DNA of 64,000 nucleotides, taken from NCBI GenBank assembly GCA_002104905.1, contig MCFE01000146.1, positions 62,001 to 126,000 of the forward strand, in the 5' to 3' direction. Position 1 is the stretch's first letter. Each line of letters begins with the position of its first letter. Below, piece by piece: positions 38,791 through 49,330 of the stretch. The position numbers and the translations under genes were made by a program. The notes beneath the pieces were generated by a model that saw nothing but the letters and a program-made list of their open reading frames with translations, ran no database searches and was not told where the DNA came from. This DNA comes from Basidiobolus meristosporus CBS 931.73. Its lineage: Eukaryota > Fungi > Basidiobolomycota.

Positions 38791-40557
38791 ATCTGGCAGC
38801 AATACTTTCCATTGTGCCCAGAAAAGCTGTCTATCTTGTTCATGGCTGGAATATCTACAATACATATGATAATATGTGCTCTGACATGACAGCCATTTAC
38901 TGTTATCCCACTAGAAAGCATACAAAATTCATCCAGCAATGGATACAGCTAGCTATCCAGGTTAGACAGTGATTTAGGCCCATATACCAGTGAAACTACC
39001 ATAAGATAGGCGGCGGATTCAGGTTGATGAGAATCAGTGGCCAGCAGGATAGGCTGGTAGAGTACTTGTTTAATACAATTCAATTGATTGCAAAGGCAAA
39101 GGCATGGTCATACATACCTTCAAAGTAGCCCTTGCTTCTTAGCTGTATGTAATGTATGCCATTAAATAAATTGGATATGTATGCACTTGATTGATACTGA
39201 GTGCAGTACTTTATAGCTTTGCAATATTTGTTTGACAGCATGAGCTTCTTTAGATGGGGTACTACTGGAGTGTATCTGGAGTGTGAACCATGTTTTCCCT
39301 CAATTGTGGTGGACTCCTAGCAATTTGTACACATTGTAATGGTGGCATTTCTGGATGTGAATGCCATGCAACTGTTAACACATGCTGGAAGCTGGACAGT
39401 AACTGGGTCATATGTTGCCAGCTGCATGACAGTAGTCCACTTGGTCCATGTAAATGGTAAGTTGCATCCTGGAATGATTTTGGCAAGAAGTAGTAGTAAA
39501 TTTTAAAAGCTCCCATTATTGATATTAGTGGAAATGCAGCACTTTTCTAGCCACAACATTGCACCATTCACCAGATGATGAGTTGTTGGACTCACTTAGC
39601 ATTATAAAGTATCCTGAGCATTTGTTTCAGCAGGTGTTGTCTCATTGAACATTGGGACTTGACCAGGCACATGCATGGTACTATTGTAAGAGGAGATAGG
39701 CTCACAATCCATTAGTGAGCTGTCTTTGTCATAGCTATCACTCTGCATGCCATATTCACAAAGCTGAGGTGGGCCTAAAGGCATCACAAACTAACCTGCC
39801 TCAGTTTGCGCAAGGATACTAAGATAGCCAGGTGCCAATATAGTAGTACCAGCTGGCCAGCAAGATAATATTGTACAATAGTGACTGATGAGTGGTCAAA
39901 CTTGAGTTGTGTGGCAAAACACTGGCCATGACCCTTGTAATACTTGCTATCCTATCTGTGTGCTTCATGGCTGAGAGGATTGCTGCAATAGCCAGATGGG
40001 CTTTTTTCTCTTCTCTTACAGTGTTGAATCAAAGTAGTCTTGTCCACAGGGCAAACAGCTTGCTCTTCAGCAATGTATTGCATTTTATCACTTTTTGGTC
40101 AATATTCATGTGTGTATAAGACAGTCTTGTACAATTAAAAGTGGCATAAAGCTGTTGAGTTCCAGCCAAAATTGTGGAACCAGAGCGTTACAGCAGAAAT
40201 ACTTATTGAGTGGTGGATTTTAATGGAGCTACTTGTTGAGTGTGGGGTTGGGCTTAATGTTAGTGTAAGGTATAGAGACTTGTATAGGTCAATAGAATTG
40301 GCAATTGAGGTACAACTGAAGCTTTAGTGTAAATAAATCAGTTTGTATGCATAAAAATCAGAAGAAATGATTGAGTCAGGAAGTAAGTAGTGTGAAACAG
40401 AGGTAATAGCCAATCAATGTACACATATGTAGGAGGTGATGGAGTGTCTGGGATCAGAAAATGAGTAAATTGGCGGAGAACCAATCAAAAGCCACTAATA
40501 TATTGTAGTGATGAGTGTTTTGACCAGGTTTTTTGTGAAATCTGGGATGGAGTTATT

Positions 40558-41291
40558 AGACTTGTTCCGTTGGATAGTGCCACATTGAGCCATGAGTGCC
40601 AAATGATGCCATAGTGTGCCAGAGAGGTCAAGTGAGCCTATACTTGGCCACAGAGTGTGAAACATAGCTCTGCATCTTCATGTAAAGCAGCCCCTGTGTT
40701 TCACCCATTGCGCAGGAGAAAATCCATTTTTTGACCTCTTTTTGTGGATCAATGTAGCTCAGGATGTGTGAGAGCACAGGAGAACTGAAGATATGCATCT
40801 GGTACTCAATACCCATGGCACTCTGAATCTAGCTCCTGTAGCTTATATCATGTCACAAAAATGAATGGCACTATCTTGGTCCACTGGTACAATCTGGCAC
40901 TATATTTAAATATTAGCCCTAAAGTAAGATCTATACAAAGCACTTATAGTGCCAGATAGCACCAGTGGACCAAGATAGCGCCATTCATTTTTGTGACATG
41001 ATACAAGCTACAGGGGCTAGATTCAGAGTGCCATGGGTATTGAGTACCAGATGCATATCTTCAATCTGCTTGTGCTCTAACATATCCTGCACAACATTGA
41101 TCCAAAAAAAAAGGTCAAAAAATGGATTTTCTCCAACACAATTGGTGAAACACAGGGGCTGCTTTGCATGAAGATGTGGAGCTATGTTTCACACCCTGTG
41201 GCAAGGTAGAGGCTCAATTGGCCTCTCTGGCACACTATGGCATCATTTGGCACTCATGGCTCAATGTGGCACTATCCAACGGAACAAGTCT
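40558..41291. mobile_element. 734-bp foldback / giant-TIR non-autonomous element
   Basis: Two 347-bp arms (40,558-40,904 and 40,945-41,291), roughly 90% identical as reverse complements with the outer ~70 bp perfect, and a 40-bp spacer. ATT lies on both flanks, and the flanks rejoin to match the empty paralogous site at ~49,175-49,250. Confidence 0.92.
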
Positions 41292-41993
41292 ATTTTTCAA
41301 CAGTCTCTGCACGGTTTCTTGACAGGTGCAGTACCTCTTGGCCACAGGACTTTTGTGACTGCCTTTTGAGCCAATCATCACAATAATTTTGCATAGGGTT
41401 CCCATGCAGCAGGTCAAAAGTGGAGCCACATTGCACAATGATGTAAGCTATTCTTCATAATAAAATTCTAAGTACAGGCTGCTAAGCCCCTCTGGCATGC
41501 TGTAATAATACTTTGAGCGCAAGGCTCTGTGTGGTATTACATGGCAGACCATGATTGCCAAGCAAAGATAAAAAGACTGAATGCTTGTAATAAAAAGCCA
41601 TATAGTCTGTTCTGTGATTGCTCCAAGAAAAAAGGCTCACCAACAGAGTGCAAGCCTATCTGCTCTCACAACAGCACCTAGCCTGCAACTGGCAAGATCC
41701 TAAGTTGCAATGGGACACTGGCCATAGAAGCAATTGAGAGGATACCTTATGGAGCCAAGTGTACCAAGCCACTCACATATGAGTCAATGATTTGGCGTAT
41801 TTGTTATAAAAGTGGCATGTCTCCACTGCTGATTCTACTGCTAAATAGAACAATGTACTTAGCAGTGTTTGAACAGTCCTTGAACAGAATTTTAATGCAT
41901 TTTATGGTCCTATAGCAGCCTTTGTATGTTTAAACATGTCCAACAGGTCAGTTTATCCAGTTAGAATATATGAACAAAAGCTTGACAGTATTT

Positions 41994-44900
41994 TGTTGTT
42001 AAAATTTGTAATTCCACCTAAATATTCACTTAACTAAGTCTCTAAGATCATTACCTTCAAATCCTAGAGAATATTCACCAATTTCCTTGATGGCATTTAC
42101 TTAGAATATTTTCACCAAAATACCAGGTACCCACAACATGAAAATTCTCAAGGCTGTCCAAGCAGCCCCAAACTTTGCACACATGTACTTGGGACCTTCC
42201 ATAACCTATGTCACATGTTTGAAATGCCAAGACCATGTAAAAGAATAAATACTACTTTTACATTGAATAAATCATTAAGTGAAAACCACATAATCTACTT
42301 GTACTCTCAATCACTTCCAATACCTCCAAGACTCTTACAACAGGTTATGAGCCCCAAGCTGTCATACTTTGCAATGTCTACAACTGCTATTACTGGAATT
42401 TTTCCCTCTGCTGAAAAGTTGGATGAATCTAACTACCAAGTGTGGAAGGTGAAGATGAAGATGCTTCTACAAGAAAGAGGCCTTTGGGATATTGTCATGG
42501 GAGAAGAATGCCCTCCTAGAAATGTGGGAGCATAAGCCTTAAAATACCATAAGAAAGAACAAAGTGCCTTTAACTGCCTTTGCCTTATTGTTAAGGACAA
42601 GTTGCTAATTTGATGCTCAAGAGCAAAAATGGCAAAAAATGCCTGGACGGCATTACAAGACATCTACCAGTCATTTTCAGCTGCTAGAAAAATGTATCTG
42701 AGACAAAAATCCTTACTACAAAGATGCTGCCAGGAGAAGAAATGAAAAATCTTATTAACAGAATTACTCTGCTGGTAGATGAAATGGAATCTGTGGGTGT
42801 ACCAGCTACTGATGAGGATGTTCTAGTTACCATCCTGAATAGCCTGACAGACATGTTTCAGAGCCTTGTATCAGTCCTAGAGTCCAGAACTGAAGATTTA
42901 ACCTTAAATTATATACATGGAGGGCTCCTGGAGGAAGAACTAAGAAAATCAAGCGCCAATCAGAAGGAAGAAGAGAATGCTTTAATAAGCAATGATAACC
43001 AACAAAGGAGGTACCCAAGACCCTACAAAGACAACAGCATCTTGTATTGCAACCACTGCAAAAGGAAAGGACACACATCAGACCAGTGCTTCAAAAGAAA
43101 GATAGGCAGCAGAAAAAGCCTGAATATGGAAACGCTTCAACAACTGAAGATAAACTATTCATATCTGCACTAAACATGACCACAAACAAGGACTCTCAGA
43201 TGCAGTATATTGCCTCTGGAGTATCTTGACACTTTACACACCAAAAAGAACTTTTACCCAATATCAAGAAATACCAATCAAGAAGGCTTTCATGGGTGAC
43301 AATAGAACACTTGATGCAGTGGGAGAAGGAACTATCCAAGTAAACCTAAGAAGCAGTGAGTGTAGCCATACACTGACCTTTAAAGAAGTATTCTATGTAC
43401 CATAAGTAGCCAAGAACCTACTATCTGTAAGAAAGGCCACTGCAGAAGGACTCAGTTTCAGCATTGACAATGCTAGATGCAAGATCACTGATAAAAATGG
43501 TGCCCATATTGCTTTGAATGCCAGGGATCACAATCTAGACAAGGTGACTTATACTCCATCATATTTGGAAGCCAGTATAAGTAACTTAAAAGAAGAAACA
43601 CCAATTCTTTGGCACAGGATATTTGGGCACATCAAGTTTGATTATATGCGCAAAATGATCAAAAATCAGCTAATTTCCAGAGTAAAATTAATCCCCAGCT
43701 AATTTGGAGCACTGTGAAGCATGCATATATGGGAAACAAGCCAGACAACTGCTCAAGAGCTCTGGGTTAATCAAAAATAAGAAAAACTAGATCTAATTCA
43801 CTCAGATCTGTGTGGACCTATGCAAAATTCATCCTTAGGTGAGATCAAGTATTTAATCACTTTTATTGATTCTTATACAAGATACATATGAGTCTACTTC
43901 ATGGAGAGAAAGGAAGAAGCCCTGTCTAAGCTCAGGGAGTTTAAAGTCACAGTGGAGAGAGAAACTGGTGCAAAAATCATGAAAATATGCTCTGACAATA
44001 GTGGAGAATATACCTCCAAACACTTCATTCAGTTCTGCAAAGTTCATGAGATAAAGTAAAAGACTACTGTACCATACTCCCCACAGCTAAATGGAGTTGC
44101 CAAACATGCTAACAGATCAATAATTGATATAACCAGATCTATGATTCATGATCAAAAATTATCCTATGATATATGGGCAGAATGAGTTGTCACTGTTGTA
44201 TACCTTAGAAATAGGAGTAATAATAGAATACTTTATGATTCTACTCCATTAGAAGCATGTTATGGATACAGACCAAGTGCAGAACATCTAAGAATGTTTG
44301 GGTGTACAGCATATGCCAAGAAACTGCCTGGCAATCATTCAAAATTTGAGCCAAAAAGTGTAAAATGCATATTTTTGGGCTATTGCAATGAGAGTAAAGC
44401 ATACAGACTCTACAATACTAAAGCAAAGAAGCTGATCAAGTTCAGGGATGTGTGGTTTGATGAAAATTCAAAATCTTCACAAAAAATGCCATCAAATGGT
44501 GACAAAAAGGGATTTCAAGTCCACCAATTGTCAGGATCAAATCAAAGCAGAACAATGAACATTTTTTCACTCCAGAGGACTCTGAAAATGTGGTTCAGCC
44601 AGAATCAGTGCCCAGGAATATACCAGAAGTGATCATTCCAGTATCAAATGCCTGGAGAAGCAATCAGTCAAAAAATGGCCCAAATTAATATATCAATGAG
44701 GGTACAAACTTAGCCTATGCCTATTCAGTCTGTATTGATGAGCCCCAGACTGTAAAAGAGGCCCTAAATAGCCCACAGACAAAGTTTTGGAGATCTGCAA
44801 TGATGGAGGAATATCAGACCCTGATGGAAAATCAAACTTGGGACTTAGTCAAATTGCCAATCAACAAAATCAATTGGATGCAGATGGGTCTTCAAGACAA

Positions 44901-45054
44901 GCTGCAAGGCTGAAGGTACAATTGAAGGATACAAAGCAAGACTTGTGGCCAAAGGATACTCTCAAACAAAAGGGCTTAACCATACTGAGACCTTTGCACC
45001 GGTAGCCAAGTTTAATTCCATTAGATTAATATAGGCTATTGCAGCCAAATATAA
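41994..45054 (+). mobile_element. 3'-truncated Copia element (same family): 5' LTR 41,994-42,342, PBS, gag, protease, integrase, start of RT
   Basis: LTR TGTTG...TTACAACA followed by GGTTATGAGCCC. Collinear with the 31,690-36,374 element until AAATATAA at 45,054; more stops and frameshifts. Confidence 0.92.
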
Positions 45055-45400
45055 CTATGAGTATGGACTGGAGCTTATGAGAAATACATTAGGTACTTGA
45101 TACTCTGTAATATCCTCCCAATTCTTTCAAATCTCCCTGGTATCTCAAGCAGCTCATCTAGCTTGAAGTGGCAGACATACAACTTGGTCACTTGTAAATG
45201 GATATTCTTGAAGAGCAAACACATGGGTTTTGGTTGAAATCTCTTGCTTCCACAGACTTCCTCTATCTTTTGTATATATAGCTCTTGATTAATTCAGTAT
45301 TCCAGACCATGGCCTATAGCTTGCCAGCTTTGCTGCAATTACATGCTTACCTCTGAATGTTCTCTTTGTGTGAAGATAATGCTCTTGGTGTGGGTGACTA
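45055..45400 (-). pseudogene. EnSpm-like transposase fragment abutting the Copia truncation
   Basis: LFKNIHLQVTKLY..FKLDELLEIPGRFERIGRILQSI; homologous to 5040-5390. Confidence 0.7.
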
Positions 45401-45785
45401 AATAGTAATAGTGTGTTTGAGTTATAGAGCAAGCCGTGGTAATGGAAAGTATTTCATTACTACATATCTCAAAAGCAATATTCCACATGTTTCCTAATTT
45501 TGCTTTTTGCTATTGTAACACATAAGCAAAAGATCAGGAATTTCCAACTTTAAAGGACAAATACTCAAGACCCTGACAGACAATCCACCTAAGCTTATTA
45601 TGTCTTGCAGAACACTCAATAGCCAACACATATTTCAAATTGTGCAATTTTTCATTTATCTTATGCACCTATCAATACCCTAACAGATTTCAATTAGTCC
45701 AGTCTCTTAGCACTTACTAATGCAACTCAATCAGAAAAGTATAAATGAAGTTTACTGAACCTTTTGGTTTAGTGTGTGTCTCAAA

Positions 45786-46468
45786 TATAATAAAAGATAT
45801 CTTCTCTGAGTATTTGTCACAAGTAGTGCCTCCAAGGTCAGTTGGCTGTCTGCACGGTTTCCTGGGATTGTCCTGTGATCTGGGGTTGGAAGTTCAGGTA
45901 GCAGCAGGTAGCAGTGATCACACTAATCAACAAGTTAGTATATTGATAAAAGGGATGATGATTTATTGCTGAGGGATTGCCTCCCTGATATACTTTTCTC
46001 ACTGGCTAAGTGATTACTACTCATGGTGTTCCAGAAGGTTTCAGAGATCAATAGAAATCTTAATGACATCAGAATGGGCTAAGAGTATTCTAAGTAGGTG
46101 CCAGAAGGTTCTAAGAGGCACAGCCCATCTAACCAATCAGGAATCAGTATGCTGAAGCATATGTAACATAGGGATACCATATATGGTATTGAAATGGTAG
46201 GGATGGTGACACAGGTTGATCATGTGTCACAGGTACTGGCACAGGTACTTGTCTAATATAAAAGCACTTACAGCTAGTATTCTTACATAAAGTGAGGGAT
46301 AACTTATGCAATAAGGTAAGCAGTGTGATAGTCAACTGGCTTATGGGATAGTACTCTTCAGGTAAGACAAATGGGATAACACTGAAATAAGTGTAGTAGA
46401 AAAATAGGAAAGTAGAAAATATGGGAATGAGCACATCTGTCAGTGGGTGTCATGGTGACCCCACTACA
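45786..46468 (-). mobile_element. Partial family D LTR (683 bp)
   Basis: Collinear with 10,510-11,221; ends CCCCACTACA; the other ~400 bp are missing. Confidence 0.85.
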
Positions 46469-46849
46469 ATGTCCTCAACTGATCTGCTAAGTATTTCCAA
46501 GTGATTAGTCTTCTGTGATTTATCTAGCCACCTAGCAGTTGCCAAGACATCACAGGATTGATAATGCAGTTTTCATTTATATTATGCTCCTATCAGTACC
46601 TAAACTGACTTCAATCAATCCAGTCTCTTAGTGCTTACTAATTTGACATGATCAGAGAAATATAAACAAAGGTTACTGAACATTTTGGCTTAGTTTGTAT
46701 CTCAACAAATTGAGATTGTCTCAGCAAAATCAGGAATTCAACAATTCCACTCTAGTTTCCACCCAAGCCTGTAATATCTGGCACTTCTAAGGACACCAAG
46801 CCTAGCCTGCATAACAAACCAACTCTGTTGTCTTATAGCCAAACCTAGC

Positions 46850-49330
46850 TATATACAACACCAACATTAGTCCAAAATCACTTTGCTAATATTTCTGCCA
46901 CTTTCTGGCAATTCTAAGATTCTGCATTTAAATGTTCCTTTGGTTCAGTTAAACCATTCAAGAGTTTTATTTTACTTTTCTCATGGATACAAAAGGGTAT
47001 TACTGGAACATGTCTAGAGTATGAAAAATGCTTTCCACCTATGGTGGTAGATTCCTCACAGGTTGGTCACCTTGCAACGGTGGCATTTTCTGACTTGAAT
47101 GTTTTGCAGCTGTTAACACATTCCAGTATTTGGACAGTTGCTGGGTTGTATGTTGCTAGCTGTATAATGGTTGTCTACCTGTACCAAGTTCATGGTAAGT
47201 TACATCCTGGAATGATTTTGGAAAGAAAAAGCATTAAATGCTTGAGACCACTGATACTGTTATTGGTGGAAGTATGCCACACCTCAAGCCACAACATTGC
47301 ATCATTTACCAGTAAATGGATTACTGGGCTCACTTGGCACCATAAAGCATCCTTGGCATTTTCTCCTTGTGTGTAGACTCACTATACATTGGGAGTTTGC
47401 CAGGCTTATGCAGGTTACTTTTGTCAGAGGAGACATAGTCACAATTCCACTGGGAGCCTTCTTTGTCAGGGTAATCACTCCACAGGCCATATTCACAGGA
47501 CTGAGGTAAGGTTCAAGGCATCATAAACTCACCTGAGTCAGTTTGTACAAAGTGAGAAATACAGCAGGGTGCTGTGATAGAAGTACCAAAGATATTGAAG
47601 ATCCATGAAGCAGTTGAATGCAATGAAGGAAAGTGGGGTAATAATCAAGAGGCAATGAGAAGTCTAGAATGGCATCACCTCAAGGCTGGTACAACACAGG
47701 ATTGTCAGGAACTTAAGGATAAGCCAAATGAGCTTGATCTGCTCCAGCAGTATTATTCCAGTTTTAAACATGCCAATGGATTTTGGGGCAGCATTGGTAT
47801 GCTAAGAAGGTATCTCCAATATAGCAGAAACTGTCAAAGGCAGACAAACAAAGTTGCTGCAGCTAAAGACTAGTGGCTTCTGCAAAGACTGTCACTAGCT
47901 AGGCTCAAAGCTGCAAACAAGTAGCAAAGAAGTGTCAGGTAGTCAGAAGAGTGCCAGTTAGGGGCAAACAGGCAGAAACAGATGCAACAGTGAAACATTT
48001 ATCAAGGAAAACCAATAGTTCAATACAAGTAGTATTCAGTCAATGTATCAGTGAAGGACCTGGCAGTAGTAAAAACCTGTGACATTCTCAGGAGCCTGTC
48101 ACAAGCAGGGCTAAAAGCTCAAAACAGGTGGTAAAGAAGCATCAGGTAGTTGGGACAGTGCCAGTAAGGGTCACATAAGCAGAAACAGATGCACCAGTGC
48201 AGCATTTATAGAGGAGAAACCTCAGTACAGTACAAGAGGCATGCAGTCAAAGTAGTAGTCAAGTACCTGACAGTGATCAAGGTAAAGAAAATAAAGGCTA
48301 CCCAAGCCAGAGACAGGGAAGTGTGAAAAAAAGCTGCAGCTCATAACAACTAATGCTGTCAGCCTAAAGCAGGCTGAATCCTATAATAGCCAAAAGGACT
48401 TACCTACAATGCAACAATGGTTTTCACAAGAGTTGGAGGTGAAGCCAATTCAGCTACACTCTGGTGAGGTAGATGAGCATGCAGAAAATGGTACTTTGTT
48501 TACAACTGCCTCCTTGTCCTCCATTGTAGAGATAGTTGAGACCCTACTGATAGACAAAGCTACAGCATGAAGATCTCAAAATTCTATCACAATGCCTGTA
48601 GTGGAAACTTGGAACACAAATATGTACACCAAAAGGTTGCAGCACTAACTCAAGAGCAGTGCTCAAGAAAAAGCACTTGGATATTGCAGGTATTTGCAAC
48701 AAGTACTGGTAGATGAAGTATTAGACCTTGCAATGGCAGCTAAGGACCAGGATGTATGGGAACCAGTGAATGAACAGCGCATAAAGCTGTAGGCTTCACA
48801 CCAAAGTCATTGAAAGCAGGAGTTACAGCAGTAATACTTATATCATGGTGGATTTTTATGGTTTACTTATTGAGTGTGGGGTCAAGCTTGATGTTAGTAC
48901 TTTGTACAGGGACTTGTAAAGGACAGTAAAATTGGCAATTGAGTTGCAACTGAATATTGAATGGAATTGAACCAATTTGTATGCTTCAAAAGTAAGCGAA
49001 TTGGTTGAGTCAGGAAGAAAGGAGTGTGAAAAAGAGGCAATAGCCAATCAACAAACATAGAGGTAGGAGGTGATACAGAGTCTGGGATCAGAGAGTGAGT
49101 GAATTGGCAGAGAACCAATTAAATGCCACTTTTCCATTGTTATGATGAAGATTTTGATCAAGTTTGTTGTAAAGTGTGGGATGAAATTTTTTTCATAGTC
49201 TTTGCACAGTCTCCAAACACAACCAATACCTCTTGGCTACAAGATTTTAATGTTGTAACAGCCTCTTGACAGGATCATCACAGCTATATCTCATAGTGCT
49301 TGTAAGCATTGTAATATATTGCAATATTTA
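46850..49330 (-). pseudogene. N-terminal half of an EnSpm-like transposase copy
   Basis: ECVNSCKTFKSENATVAR*PTCEES motif at ~47,050-47,130; homology to 39,300-40,550 and 41,295-41,400. Confidence 0.7.
47890..48290. repeat. Diverged tandem duplication, period ~206 bp
   Basis: CTGTCACTAGCTAGGCTCAAAGC...GCAGAAACAGATGCAACAGTG (from 47,890) recurs as CTGTCACAAGCAGGGCTAAAAGC...GCAGAAACAGATGCACCAGTG (from 48,096). Confidence 0.8.

Larger units (their letters stand above)
36400..41990 (-). pseudogene. Long EnSpm-like transposase copy interrupted by a Copia fragment and the foldback element
   Basis: MVVSLVYGPKSLSNLDS*LYPLLDEF..L..GI.V..CHVRAHIIICIVDIPAMNKIDSFSGHNGKYC (38,790-39,010) is a hallmark of tnp2/Transposase_21-like CMC transposases. 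FERIGKVLQSI and VHWKY motifs lie at 37,850-38,100. Outer edges are approximate. Confidence 0.8.

Noticed and set aside
40150-40550. Apparent LINE apurinic endonuclease motif (YSFSDPRHSITSYICV...SSDF)
   Set aside because: Paralogues at ~30,500 and ~49,050 lack RIDY/SDH-like residues, and the segment is collinear with the N-terminus of the EnSpm-like transposase.
45650-46705. ~135-bp direct repeat flanking the partial family D LTR, as a possible long TSD
   Set aside because: The copies are only ~70% identical, and the second starts ~100 bp from the LTR. They are better explained as two old copies of an unassigned repeat; adjacent 45,500-45,700 also matches 30,780-31,000.
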